64,000 bases of DNA from positions 149,489,741-149,553,740 of the forward strand of contig CM041465.1 of NCBI GenBank assembly GCA_023213395.1, in the 5' to 3' direction. The translations under genes were made by a program, and so were the position numbers. The notes under the pieces were generated by a model. The model saw only the letters and a program-made list of their open reading frames with translations, had not been told where the DNA came from and searched no databases. This document shows, in pieces, positions 39,376-52,884 of this stretch. Position 1 is the stretch's first letter, and the number at the start of each line of letters is the position of its first letter. Source of the DNA: Cycas panzhihuaensis (lineage: Eukaryota > Plantae > Cycadophyta).

Positions 39376-41191
39376 GTATATATATGTATATATATATATA
39401 TAGAAAATAAAGTGCCAAAAGTTACAAGTAAAATGCTGGAAACAACACAAAATATTTAACAACACAAGTCACAACAAGTAATGAGTGCTAGTAGTTAGCC
39501 TTGGAATGGCTAATTCTCTTATGCAAGTACCTCTACACAGCCTTTGAGTACATGGATAGCAGGTTTAGGCAACCTATATGACATCCGATAGTGAAAGGAA
39601 CAAATGCTATAGAAGCTGGAAATGTTGTAAGTGTTACCAAAGTTACGATATGTAGCACACACAACACCTAGTGAGGGAGTGGCCAAAAGAGGGATATAAC
39701 ACCACTAGGGGGCTGAAATACCCTACCAATATGGGGCTCTCAAAGCTAGAAATAGTGCAGTAAGGGGTTGCATACGCTGATTCTAACAATAGCCTCCTTT
39801 TCGGGGTCGTTTAGTGGCCCAAGGAGGATATAAGGAGGAGAGCAAAGGAGGAGAAGGGGGATTGCCCCTTGGGAAGATGGCCTTGTAGGGTACAGAACCC
39901 GTTGAGTGCTTCCTTCACTCACACCTTAAGTAGCTCACCTCATAGCCCTCTTAAAGAGACTAGAGTGACAGTGAAAAGAAAATATAAATATAAAAGGAAA
40001 AAACTACAGGGAAATACCTCCTGCATAAACTAGAAAGTACTGAAAATAAAAGATATATGGAAGAGATTTTAGCTTTCAAAGGAGTTTTAAGGAAACGACA
40101 TGGAGAAAAACATAAAGAGCTACCTGCTGGACTGAGTTTGTAGTAGGCTTGCCTGAGAGCAGCGTAGGATGAGGCTGATCTGGGTGCTTGTAGGAGAATC
40201 CCTACAAAATCTGAAGGAGAAACCTACTATACGCCTGTGAATACAATCTTTAAATGGTGTCTTCGCTTGATGAGGCTCCTTGATGAGATAAGTTCCATGA
40301 ACTGGAGCTGTGGAAGGTAGAGTCCATGAGATCTCAGTAGATGTAGGGCATTTCCTACAGGAGAAAGCTTGCAGATTAGTAGAAGATCAGGAGAAAGAGA
40401 GTTGTAGGAGATTGTTAGTGAGTGTAAGAAGAGGAAATGAGGAAAATTTTAGGCTTTATACACAACACTAGCCCTAATCGAGCAACTAGGGTTAGGCTGG
40501 GACTCAGGCATTGACTAATCCACATGGCAATTTAGTAAAAAATGTGAAAATTGCCACGACGGATTTAAAAAAATAGAGGTAGACAGTCGCACCATGATAA
40601 ACTTCACGGTATTGCAGCAAACTTCACGATACCATAGAATTTGCTAAGGTGTAGGACTCGAATGTAACAAAAAGGGAAATAAAGGTCTTGAGGGCCCTAA
40701 AAGAGGGTATCTTAGGACTATGAGGGGTTGGCCCTCTTGTCCAGGTAGCTGGGGATAGTCTAAGTAGGCAAATGGGCTAGACCAAATAGGGCATTGAGAG
40801 GTGGGGCTCCCAAGAAACCTATGGCTGGATACAAAACGTCGACCACTCGTAGCAAGATGTTAAGAGTTATAGTAAAGTGACAAAAGTGTAAGTAGGTCAC
40901 ACAAATTAGTTGATGCTCGAGGTGATGTGGAGGTGCAATAGAGGGTTGTAAGGCACTATGGGGGCGCATGCCTCTCGGAGAAGCATGTCTCGCAAGTCGT
41001 CATAGGCTAGGGAGGTGCAACATGATTAAGCAGCAAGATGTATGGCAATCACAAAGATGAGGCACTCAATCATGCAATAAATTAAGTAACGTTTCAATCT
41101 ACCTTTTGAAATGAATGAGAAGGGAGATTGAAATATACTTGTGCTTACATGAGTCGACCTATCCATACCCATTCTCGGTAGCCGCGAAACA
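39142..41191 (-). repeat. 3' LTR of Tat element (probably truncated at its left end); contains expanded (TA)n at 39335-39402
   Basis: ~2 kb colinear with 53850-55842; ends gccgcgaaaCA next to the PPT. Confidence 0.92.
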
Positions 41192-41266
41192 CTACCCCCT
41201 TGGTGGCAGAGCCTCGTTGTTCAGAAGCACAACGTGATGGTGAATGCTGGCAATAAAACTGTTAGT

Positions 41267-41269
<3 letters not shown>

Positions 41270-41314
<45 letters not shown>
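41270..41314. repeat. (TA)n microsatellite
   Basis: Direct reading. Confidence 0.95.
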
Positions 41315-41315
<1 letters not shown>

Positions 41316-41577
41316 CAACATAATCATGATAAGAGCCAAGGGTGCCAGTGAGTGACATGGTAGAACGCAGATATAGGGACAAGAGCAGATGAGGGGAATG
41401 TCCCCATCGTAGGAATACAAGAAGAGAGATGGTGGTAACAAGCAATAGGATGAATGAACAAAAACTTGGTGGTTTCCATAATTTAGCCTCATTAACGGCT
41501 GGCTTTTGGAGGTGCGAATAGATCGCAATGCAAAGAATGACTCAGGACTTGGGTGCAAGCAAGACCGGACAAGTCCC

Positions 41578-42000
41578 TCAAGGTGGGTTGCCAAGGAGAG
41601 GCAGGTGATGCTTAAGGATGAGATGAACGAGGCCGTCTGCCTTACAGTTGAGGGCCCATGGGATATGTTGAAAGTTGATAGACAAAAAATAAGCTAATAG
41701 GGACCTAATGACCAAAACGAGGGCTCTCAAGCATGGGCATTGCACCTGGTAGACTTGGGTGAGATGGGACACTATAACTTGGGAGTCGCAAAAGAGGATG
41801 ATGGGTCTATGGTGGAAACAGAGTGCATCAGTGAGGGCTTCGATAACGACTTTGTACTTAGCTTCATTATTGGTGGCCTTGGGGATGAAGATCCCAGAAT
41901 GTAGGAAATCAAGTCCAGAAGGATCATGAAGAATCCACGCGGTGGTGAAAGGACCAGGGTTGCCGCAACTTCCGCCATCAGTAAAGACGAGAAGTGCCAT
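41578..42000 (-). CDS. Stand-alone archaeal-type RNase H (aRH, RVT_3-like) of the Tat retroelement, 140 aa
   Basis: Open ORF with its own ATG and motifs FTDGGSCGNPG, ATNNEAKY (catalytic E of TNNxAEY read as K), CDSQ, HIPW.LNCKAD. Confidence 0.88.
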   Translation of the reverse strand: MALLVFTDGGSCGNPGPFTTAWILHDPSGLDFLHSGIFIPKATNNEAKYKVVIEALTDALCFHHRPIILFCDSQVIVSHLTQVYQVQCPCLRALVLVIRSLLAYFLSINFQHIPWALNCKADGLVHLILKHHLPLLGNPP

Positions 42001-43128
42001 GGACGAAAAGAAAAGTGTCTCAGTAGATGAAATATGACAAAGTTGGTGGTATCAAGGGGACATGATGATATAGAGTAACTGTGAGAGACTTAAATAGTTG
42101 GCGATGAAGGCCGTGAAGGGCGGGAGAACTCAATAATAAGGCTACCTGAGGGTGGAGTGGACTATCCATCTGACGAGAAAGAACAGATGGCAAAAAGGCT
42201 GTTTTGGGCGGCAAAGGTTACTTAAGGAAGCAAAAAGTAGTCCCAAATGGAGGGGACGCTCCTTTTGGGGGCCCTAGAAGTGTGAATGGGTGGTGAAAAT
42301 GGATCCAGGATGGCAAAATGAGCCAAATGAGTATAAACTTGGGTATACATGGAGGTGGCATGCAAAATGAGGTAAAAGAGGCCTCATGAAGGTAGGCAAA
42401 TAAGTTCCATAAATACACCTATAAAGATAAGCAAAATGGAGGCTGCGGGGGTGAAATAGGAGCTAGAGTTAGAAGGCAATGGTGATCAGGGACGAGGGAT
42501 GGCCCTAAGGGCTGTCACGGTGGTAGAAACAGAGGAAGTACCCGTCGGGACCCCCACCTATATAAGGAAAACTCAATGAAAATGGAATTCATTTTCACGG
42601 GCTCACGAATGATTCAGAGCCCTTTCCCTTACGCAGCAGAGCACTACCCGATTTCAGAGACAGGTAGGAGGAGATCAGATTGTTGGATCGAGGCGAGAGG
42701 ACAGCTAGTGGGATCAGGATGATGAGATGATAGTCGCAAAACTAAATCCAGTGAGTGGATTACTCATTCCCTAGCCCATCTCACACCTTTAAATTTTGTT
42801 ACTTTTTATCAAATTTTAAGGTAGTTTTTGGCCCCTTAAGGGCAAATAGTGATTTCCTGAAGTCTGAATTAGACCCAGTGAGAGGGGGGACTAGGGCATT
42901 AGGTAGCCCTAGTCTTGGTGGGCCAGAGTAAGGCCCGCTAGGGGATTCTTTTTTTATTTTTTTAGATGGGAAATCCCCCCCTTCGGGGGTTGACGTTCCC
43001 ACCGCGACGAAGATTATGGTGCCACAATCTTTGCCACGTGGCCCTGATCGCAGTGGGACCCAAGCTAAACTCCATGTTACTGCGGAATTTAGCGTGGTAC
43101 GAAGTCTAAATAGCTGAAAAAATAAAAG

Positions 43129-45230
43129 ATGACCCAAAGGAGAGCCAAATCTCGATTCAAGAAGAAGGAGAGGCAATCCTAAGGGCTAGTAGGTGGATTT
43201 AGACAAGTTCTAACTGGTTTCTAGGGGATATTGCAGGCAGTTATTGCGGTAGAGAACTACAAAAATATTGGGATGGCGATGTTGACCTTTATGGAGATGA
43301 TATCATGCAGGGACAAATAGGTCTTAGCGTGATGTGGCTTATTAAAGGTCATACAGACACCACAGTACACATTGGATCAATGACTGCTAGTAGATATAGT
43401 CTCACATTGGGACAAGCGGAGGCACATATTCCACCTCCCCCAAGTGGAGGATATCACAGTCACAACGGGAGATATTAGGAGGATACTCGAGGTACTGGCA
43501 ACGAGACGACCAACATTGCTAGGGGCACTGCCTAGCAATGAGGTAACATACATGGAGGTGGCGACATTCTTTATAGGATAGGATAGATAGAAGAGTAGAG
43601 GGATACCTCTATAAACTATGGTCATGTCCTGAGTTCCTCAAGTGAGGAAACTGATTACCCTATGCATTCTGTTCTAGATATCCTAGAAATAGAACTATAA
43701 AGATATATTCGGTGGGTGGATGGATGTGGTCAGGAGATGCGATGTAAGAGAGAGGCTGGATTGGGCCACCTCAATAGCGACAAACTTAGTTGCTCAGTTA
43801 GACGCTATTAGGGTGGTAGGGAGATGTGGACTATCTTACAATATGTTGCTACAATGTTGGTTCTTTAATCACTATAGAGTGGTGGCACCCATAGGAGGAC
43901 CACACCCCATCTTAGAGTGGGCACCCATGGTCCACAGGTGGTAGACTTAGTTTAGGGGGACTGAGGATCAGGCACATGTATGTTACTCAGTGGAGGTTGC
44001 GTTACTAGACCTCCTTACCATGGCTCGATTATATATCCAATCCATATCGAGGGGTGATATGAAGAAGTGATGATGAGGTAGGCATAGCAGGAGTCATCCC
44101 TGGTGATGATGATGACAATGATGGGGATGACAGAGGTGATGGGGCAGGCCCATCTGGAGCAGTAGGCAGAGAGGTAGGACCTTCAGGAGCCGCAGGAGGT
44201 GAGGCAAGTCTATCAAGAGCTGCAAAGAGAGAGGCAGGTCCATCGGGAGCCATAGGAGGAGAGGCAGGTCCATCCAGGGCTATAGAGGGAGTTAGAGGCC
44301 CACAGACACGAGCCTAGAGACTGAGGATAGTGGGGAGATCCAGGGTGGTAACAACACCAGCAGAGAGTAGTGGAGATGTCCCAATAGCCTAGGCAGTCAC
44401 TGAGGTGGTACCAGAGGAGGAGGAGGTACCAATAGTTGGTGGAGCACCTGAGGAGGAGGGCATCATCAGAGTCGAGGAGCCGGCAACCCCAGAAGGTGAG
44501 ACGCTACCTTTTCCTATAATCTTTTGATCGCCTGATATTTAGTTATATTGATTTTGTTTGATATATATGGATATATGTATTGGCACATGGCTTATTGGAC
44601 TTCGCAGGAGTAGTAGAGATACAGAGACTGGTAGAGGTGGTAGTCTGGGAGATTTTCCCTTAGGCCTACATGGAGGGGCAACCTCCCATCTAGGTGGGAG
44701 AGGAACCACGATCGATAGGGGCTCATACAATAGCATTCGCCCAGTTAGTTAGGGCAAGGGATGTATGGATAACAGAGTTCCAGGAGCATGAGGCACGCGT
44801 GGGACAACTTTAGGGGGCGATGGATGAGACTCAGGTTGAGAGGGATGCTCTATGAGGTCAGGTGCAGGTTTTGGAGGCTTAGGGAGGAGTAGGTGGAGAC
44901 GTCGAGAGCTGCATCAGGATGGCAGTACTAGAGGAGCATCTCAGAGGGATGGAGAAGAGGTTCTAGAGTATGGATGAGAGACTCTGGGGGGTGGAGAGTG
45001 AGAGGGATCATATCCAGGTGCGATACGATCAACTAGTAGATCAGGTGGCCTTGAGATTGTCACAAAGTAGGACACATACTCACATAGTGACGATGACCCC
45101 GAGGTGGCCTCAAGACAACGGGAGTGAGGTAGGGAGCTCCTAGAGGCACAAGAGGAGCATGTGAGGCATGTGGTCCCTAGGAGAGGGATCACATTGCCCA
45201 GGAGATGATACCCCAAGGGCAGGGTAGTAG
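43129..45230 (+). pseudogene. Antisense plant mobile domain (PMD, aminotransferase-like) ORF with acidic, repetitive C-terminal tail; disrupted
   Basis: WDKRRHIFHLPQVEDITVTTGDIRRIL from 43408 (cf. PMD ERW..ETHTFHLP.GEMTITLEDV..IL) and DWATSIATNLVAQL...LLQCWFFNH...P.VHRW at 43720-43944 (cf. SWGSAVLA.LYR.L...LLQ.W.WE..RW); followed by D/E/G-rich sequence. Ends are approximate. Confidence 0.78.
44141..44290 (+). repeat. Five 30 bp units encoding EAGPSGAxGG-type repeats
   Basis: GAGPSGAVGR/EVGPSGAAGG/EASLSRAAKR/EAGPSGAIGG/EAGPSRAIEG in one frame. Confidence 0.88.
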
Positions 45231-46009
45231 TAGAGTAGAGTGGAGTAGGTTTGATTTAATAGGGGAAAGTGTTGGACCTCCAGGGAGTCATCATATATTG
45301 CCACATGATTATACTCCTCCCTGTAAGGATTTTGGCTTCCCCTAGATGATGTACCATACCACTTGTATGATATAACACATGCTGCTTATTTTATGTATAT
45401 AGATGAGGGCATTGGCATCCCATTTGATATATGTTTATGTGTATGATGACACATAATAGATGACGTATATTTATGTTTTCATGTTCATGTATACATATGT
45501 ATGAGGGTACACGGGTGCACGAAGGGGAATATGCTATGGTGTTTTTTAATTGATTATTGTATGGCTTGTGATAGAAGATTGTTTGAGTTACACATATTTC
45601 CTTTTATGTAGAGCCATATCCCTAGTAGGCATATACACAATCACCATGAGCAGTAGTGATAGACATATGCATAGCTAGGAGATAGGGTGGCACACATGTC
45701 CACATGGGAGCATAGCAGGATATGCAAAGGAAATGCCAATGGGAAGGGAGCAATGACACTCTAACGCATCGTCCTAGTTGGGGAATGTACTCAAACCTGC
45801 GAGCACTAGGGACAATGCACTCAAATAGGAGGATAGGGCCCCAAGAGGAAGGGGGACAAGGGGTTTTGCCGGAGGAACCCAAAAGGAGCAAGAAGGCCAC
45901 CCTAAGCCCCCATCCCACCTGTGACTAGGGGGAATGGAGATGCGCCTAGGATGGTAGTTTAAGCTCATTTTAGAGCATAAAAAGAAAAAAGGAATAGTCA
46001 TGCATATAA

Positions 46010-49000
46010 TTTCTTAAGGAATTTCCCATTCACAGCCTTATCAAATTCTAGGCCCTATAGGATGGCGATCTTGTAAGCACCATTCCCAAGACTCTTGAGG
46101 ATGACAAAAGGGCCAACCCATTTGGGTCTGAATTTGGTAGGCAATCGTGGAGATATTCCAGCTTGAGGACATGGTCCCTGGGATGTAAAGGATAGGAACA
46201 AAGGTTTTTATCGTAAGTCCTTCATGCCCTAGCCTTAGAGGTGAGGTTGGCTTGGTAGGTGGCCAAGTGTTTCTCATCCAAGGCCTCAAGGTCTAAGAGG
46301 CGAGCTTGACAGATAGACTCCTCATCGACCAGACCTCTGAGAGAGACCCGTATGGAAAGAATCTCCACTTCTAGTGGGAGAACCGCCTCTGTTCCATAGA
46401 CTAGAGAGAAATGAGTCATTCCTGTAGCTGTACGGATAGACATACGATATGCCTATAGGGCGAAAGGGAGTTAGAGGTGCCAATCTATTTGAGATTGGGC
46501 AACGATTTTCTTTAGGATGTTTATGAGAGTTTTATTAATCGATTCAACCTGGTCGTTGGCCTGGGGGTAGTAAGGAGAAAAAGTTTTATGAGAAATGTGG
46601 AATTTCTTACAAAGCTCATCCATATCCTTGTTACAAAAAAGAGTTCCATTGTCCATGATCAGGACATCGGGAACCCTGAAGCAGCAGATGATATGCTGGT
46701 AGACAAAAGTGGCTATTATCTTACCATGAGTCATGGTCAAAGGAATGGCCTCTGCCCATTTGGTAAAGTACTCTGTAGCAATCAAGATAAACTTATGCTG
46801 CAACGAAGATGACGGGGTTATGGCTCCAATGTGGTCCAACCCCCATTGGGAGAAGGGCCATAGAGATATAATAGGATGGAGAGCCTCGCAAGGCAAGTGA
46901 GTGATGTTGCTATGCTCTTGGCATTGCCAACATCTCAAGGCATAAGCATGGGCGTCCTTAAAGAGGGATGACCAATAATATCCCATACGAAGGATCCTTT
47001 GGGCCATGGATTGGCCCTTGGAAATGCTATGGTGGCATTCATGGAGTATCTAGTCCGCTTCGTCAAGGGAGATGTAGTGGAGAAGGATCCCATCAAATGA
47101 TCTCTTGTATAATACCTCACCCATAAGAAAGTACTGTCTGGAAGTTGCCCAGATATGAGACCTAACTTTATTGCTAGCATTAGGGCGATACTGTTGTTGA
47201 GTGAGATATTGCACGATGTCTCCATACCACTCACTATCAGCAAGCAGATAAGGAAGGAGGTCTTGAATGACCAAGATAGGCTCATTAGGAAGAAATTCAT
47301 CAACAGGAAGGTCCAAAGGGTTCAGAATATGAGTGTCAGTGAATTGCTTGACCACTACCATTCCCTTCTTTGATTTCCTGTTAACAATGTGAAGATCAAA
47401 TTCCTGAAGGAGGACAACCCACTTGCCACCCCACCACAAAGTTAGGTCTGTAAGAAAATAGCCTTAGGGATTAGATTGAATAATCACCCGAGTAGTATTC
47501 CCAAGTAAGTAATGCCTGAACTTCTTCATTGCATGTACCAAGGAGAGGCATTCTTTCTCCGTAGGGGAGTAGTTAAGCTCGGTAGCCATGAGGGTATGAT
47601 TGATGAAGTAAATAGCCTTCTCGGCTCTCGAATCATCCTCTTGGGCCAACATGGCACCCAGAGATTCATTAATTACTGAGGTATTCAGGATGAAAGGCAT
47701 ATCAAAGAGAGGCAGCGTCAATGTTAGGGCAGAAGCGAGAGCTTCCTTAAGTTCTTCGAAGGCTTGTTGGGCCTTTGAAGACCAAACAAATAGTACCCCC
47801 TTCTTTAATAGGTTAGTGAGCGGTTTGGCATTTATGGCAAAGTTCACTAAAAATACCTGAGGAAACCAAGCCTACCTAAAAATGACTTAATCTGTCATTG
47901 GGTTTTAGGAGGTGGCATGTTAAGGATGGCATTGAATTTATCAAGGTTGATTTGGATTCCTTGCTTTGATACAAGGAAACGAAGGAGTTTGTCAGTGGTC
48001 ATGACAAATACATATTTGAGAGGGATAAGGCTTACATGGTATTTATGACATCGTGTAAAGATGGCCTGCAAATCAGGAGGGTCATTGGCTCTAACATATG
48101 AGAGACCCATCATATCATCCATGAAGACCTCCAAGGATTTGTTGATGAGATCATAAAAAATGAATTACATCACCCTTTGATAAGTGGCGCCTACATTCTT
48201 GAGTCTGAAAGGCATCACCTTATAGGTGGAAGTACTCCATGGAGTGGTGAAGGCAGTCTTGTGATGGTCTTTAGGAGAGATTTGAATTTGGTTATAGCCA
48301 AAGAAGCTGTCAATTAAGGACATAACTTCGAAACTGATGGTTTGATCAATGATCTGGTCAATAAAAGGAAGTGGGAAATTGTCCTTAGGACATGTGTTGT
48401 TGATGTCATGGAAGTCAATGCATATCCAGATTGTCCCATTCCTTTTAGCAACAGGGACAATATTAGATACCCATTTAGGATAGTCAATGGAAGTGATCAA
48501 TCCTGCGTTAAGGAGTTTCTCAACTTTTATTTTAACAGCATCTGAGAGCTTAAGATGAATGGGACGTTGCTTCTGACGTATAGGGTGAGTGCCAAGAATG
48601 GTAATAAGGTTGTGGGTCATGATTAAAGGATCAATTCCCTTCATATCAGAGTAATCCCACACAAAAACATCCTAAATCTCCTAGAACAGAAGGGTATACT
48701 CCTTCATTTCATCATGATAGTATTTCACCCCTACCTTAATGACTTTGTTAGGGGGTAAGGACTATGTCCTAGGTTGCCCCCATGCACATGGTATTCCCCT
48801 CCTCAAAGTGGAGGGGGGCTCGTTTAATAGGAAGGGATGGAATAAGGGATGGAGTTAGGTTAGCAAGAGAATATCTAATAGCCAAGACCTTCTGATAACC
48901 AATCAGAAGGAAGATTGGGTGTGGAGCCCATTAAGTGCTTAAGTAGGGCTTCGTCGTTCTCAAAGTAGTCCACCCCATGGATGACCACACTTTGAGAAGA

Positions 49001-52000
49001 CGAAGGGTGAAGGGAAGTAGAGACGGCGGGATCATGGTGGTTGCCACACCACTCGGTGTTCCCGATGGACTCCCTGGAAGAGTTAGAAAGAGGTCCCTCA
49101 TAAGGGATAGTAGGAGGTTCCCCAACCTCGTTACCTAGGTGTGGTAATGAAGGGGAAGACTCAAGGAGCACCTAATCAATAGGGGCAATGGCATGAGATA
49201 TAAGAGGAGAACTAGTTTCTCCAACTGTAGGAGTTCCAAAGCAGGATCTAGAATGAAGGAGGTATCCCCTACTTATGCCTAAAAGGGAAATGGGGTGAGG
49301 AAAGTCCTCATCCTCGCTATTAGACTCAACGTCACTAAGGATGGTAAGGTACTTGTAACTTCTGACACCAATAGGAATGAACCATGTGAGGTTGGAAGAA
49401 GAGGATGAAGGATCTTCTTCCAAATGAGATGAGTCAGGGATGTCAATAGAATAAGCAAAGGCATGAGTAGAAAGGCCTTTATCACCTTTCATTTAGCCAT
49501 GAGATGCTTGACGGGGTTGACGTGGTTGTTTAATAGGAGGGAGCTCCTGAGATATGACTCTCATTCGCCCTTCGTGGATGAATTTAAGTTGCCCCCAGTA
49601 GGACGAGCATACGACTCCCATATGATCAAGCCATGGGGATCCCAACAATAGATTGTAGTCGACGTCAATGTCAAGGACTATAATATCAGCAAAGACAATC
49701 TTGTCCTGGAGAGTAAGCAGGATAGACACCGATCCTAAGGGAGTCTTTTTGCTACCATCATAGCCTTGGCACTGCCATGGAACTGGTTCTAAAGCTGATA
49801 TACAAAGCTCTTGCATAACATACAAGGGTATGGCATTAATGGAAGAACCATTATCAACAATGATTCTTCGTAAAGTGTAATCCAGAGTATCTATGGTAAT
49901 AGTGAAAGGGAAGTTCCATTGGTGCTCCCTTTCATTAGTAGAGGGAAGATCCTTAGGATCAAAGGAAATGACTGGTTCACAACTCGAGGTGACTCCCAAG
50001 GCATGAACGAGCATGTCACCTAATCCTAAGGCCTCTAAGAGTAATGTGCGTTGTTCAGGGTAACTCCTCAGGACGTCTATTATGGACATTCCAGTAGCCA
50101 TGGTATGGAGCTCATCAACGACTGAGAAAGGTTTCCCCTTCACAGTGGGTTGGGGAAGGGCCCTTCGAAAGTCGTAATGACCGGGGTACACAAGAATGGT
50201 CTTAGGGAGTGTGGGGGCTTCCAAAAGAGAAGTTTCCAGAAGAGGATTAGGATGAGATGCAAATGAAGAGGCACCATTCACCTCTTTGATTGCTTGAGAC
50301 CAGGTTAAGGCATATAGTGGGGTGGTCTCAAGTAATTGAATAACCTTCTTTCCCTTATTCTGGGATCGTGAAGGTGATGGGGTGTGTTGGTTAGGAGAAC
50401 CTAAGGAAAAAGATGAATTCCTTGCACTCTTCCCTTTGACTAGAGAAGAGCAAGGGTTAGGAGACCTCTCTCGATTTCAGTTATTCTTCTATTAGGGGTT
50501 GCGATCACGTTCCCCATGTTTAGGGAAGGGATCTTTATGAACAGGTTGATCTAGGTTGGGTCTACATGCCCATTTTAGGGAAGAGTCATGTTGTGGGGTA
50601 GGCTTAGGATGCTGTGCCCAACACCACGAATCGTCATGGAAGCACTCCCCATGGATGGAGCACCACTTCTTCTCAAGGGAGGAGTCAGGTTTCCTCGCTT
50701 AAGAGGACTGGGTATTACCAACCTTAGTAGGAGTAGCTTGTGAAGCCTGATGAATTAGCTTGTTAGACATAGGAGATGAAGGAGCTTGAAGCTTGAGTTC
50801 CTTCATAATACGTTTAAATAAACGTATAGCTGAAGTAAGAGGGTCTAGAGTCTTCTCGATAGAATGGGAAGAAGACCTAAAGGGTTGTTAAGATTTACTA
50901 TCTTTTGATGGTGGTGGCACCTCACGTCACTGTGAGGACTTTAGAGGCTTCTTGAGTCTAGCCTAGATCTCAATGGCCTCGAGTGCCAAACAATTCACTA
51001 TAGTGGAGTTGCACATAGTCGCCTCCATCTTGAGGACTTTTATGTGAACTTCTAGATAAAGGGCATTGACGAAAAGGTCCCTCTTCAACTCCTCGAGTAA
51101 AGTAGGCTTAGTGGAGTGTAGAAGGTCATGGAAACGCTGCATAAAGTCACGATTCATTTCATCGTGGCCTTGTTTAAGTGACAAGAGGGATTTTATTATA
51201 CTCTCAAATGGGTGAGCCATGTCAAAATAGTTGACGAACTCATCCATGAGCTGCTGGAATGAGAAGATAGAATGCACAAGTAGGCGATAAAACCATTTAA
51301 AGGCATTGCCTTGAAAAGACCATGGAAATAGTTTCATCAGGATGTGGTCGCAAGACCAGTAATCAATGCATGCCATAAAGAAGCTATGAGCATGCTCCAT
51401 CGGGTCTTGCGATGAAGTCCCATCAAATTTGGGGACCTCAGGGGGTGGGACAGTAAGTTAGTCCTTAGTGCCTCAATAGATAATAAGGTTGACCGATAGT
51501 CCATAAAGAGTCATACCCTTGACTAGACCAGAGGGTCAATAGATACTGGAAATGATGGTGGGTAGGTTTGTCCAAACCCCCCTTAGAGGGTTTGGTTTGA
51601 AAGAGGATGTTGTCCTCTTACTGCTTGGTGAGGAGGCACGAATCCCACATTCGAGGAAACCTGCATGGAAGTGGATAGGTATGACGTACCCATCCCTCCT
51701 AGAGAGAGTGCTCCTTGTTGGTAAGGAGCATGAGGGAAAGTTCCATGGGAAGGAGTTGGGTCTCCTTGCAAAGGCATGATGTATGGTTCCACACAAGATG
51801 GCGGACAAGAGGGGTGAGGAACTAGATTCTACCCATTATGGGCCACCTATGGGTGGCACGACACCATAGGGATGCAGAGGGTCCACCCCATAAGCAGGTA
51901 AGGAATTCCCTTTACCACGCCCCCACGGTTGAGTAGTGTAACCAGAAAATAGGTAAAGAGAAGGGTCCTTAGGTTGGTGTTGGGACTATGTAGTGACGGA

Positions 52001-52450
52001 CCCCACGTGACTAGAAGCAAGGGGGCATGTAATTCCCCTAGGTCTAGTAAGTGGATAAACAATGGTAGGAGGAGGACTAGTGATTTGACTAGCTAGGGGC
52101 ATGATCAACCCAAATTGGGAAGATGATATGCCCTGAGTGGTCCCCAAGGTGTATATGCCATGGGGAGAAGAAGAAGATGTAAAAGGTAAGCTCATCGTGG
52201 GTAAAGTAGTTGAACGAGATGAGCGAGGTAAAGGGGATGTAGAAGAGGATGGCACAACGCTTCGTAAGACCTCCTCAAACCACCTTAGGCATGGTTGGAG
52301 GCATGCATCTTGGAAGCATTGGCTCAAAGCTTCTACTACATCAGTGGGAGAGGTATCTGCTTGATCGTATGAGGTGGAAGGGGCCTCATACGAAGTGGGT
52401 CCCACAGGGCGATCCTCATAAGAATCGTCATGGGAATGGTGAAACTCCAA
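46010..52450 (-). pseudogene. Tat element gag-pol, disrupted
   Basis: gag (50963-51400, LFPWSFQGNAFKWF), protease IIVDNGSSINAI (49493-50281), RT (48165-48662 CIDFHDIN..FPLP; 47895-48134 VFMDD), RNase H (47464-47847), integrase (46471-47007 WGLDHIG..EYFTKW; 46222-46443), GPF motif ~46110. Confidence 0.95.
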
Positions 52451-52884
52451 AGGAGATGTAGGTTCTACTTCATGAGTAGAAGATTGATGAGATTAGGGGT
52501 GCATTTGGTCAACTGAATAATAAATGGGGTCTTCGCTTCCTTAGGCAGACCCTTGGAAGGAAGTAGATGGCTCTAAGGAATCAGACACGTAGGCATGGTA
52601 TGCCCAGTCCAAAAGAGATCCTTCCATGATCAGATCAGGATCTGATGCAGGAAGGGAATGATATGAAGGCTCTTCTGACAATGGGGGTAAGCCTCATAAG
52701 CAACATGAGAATCATTGCATGCAAGTCCTACCTATGTATTGGAAGAAGAGGGAAACAAGGTTATGTACGTGTTGGGGGCTACCCAACAAAATCAAGAAGG
52801 AAAGTTACCAAGAGGTAGCAGAACCAATAAGAAAGAGAGGAAGACTACTTCCTTTACTGGTGGGTCCCTAGTATGGTCGCTAGT

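Noticed and set aside
39141-39410. Lys-rich ORF duplicated at 53813-54136
   Set aside because: Lies within the Tat LTR; the duplication reflects the LTR pair and the purine-rich composition.
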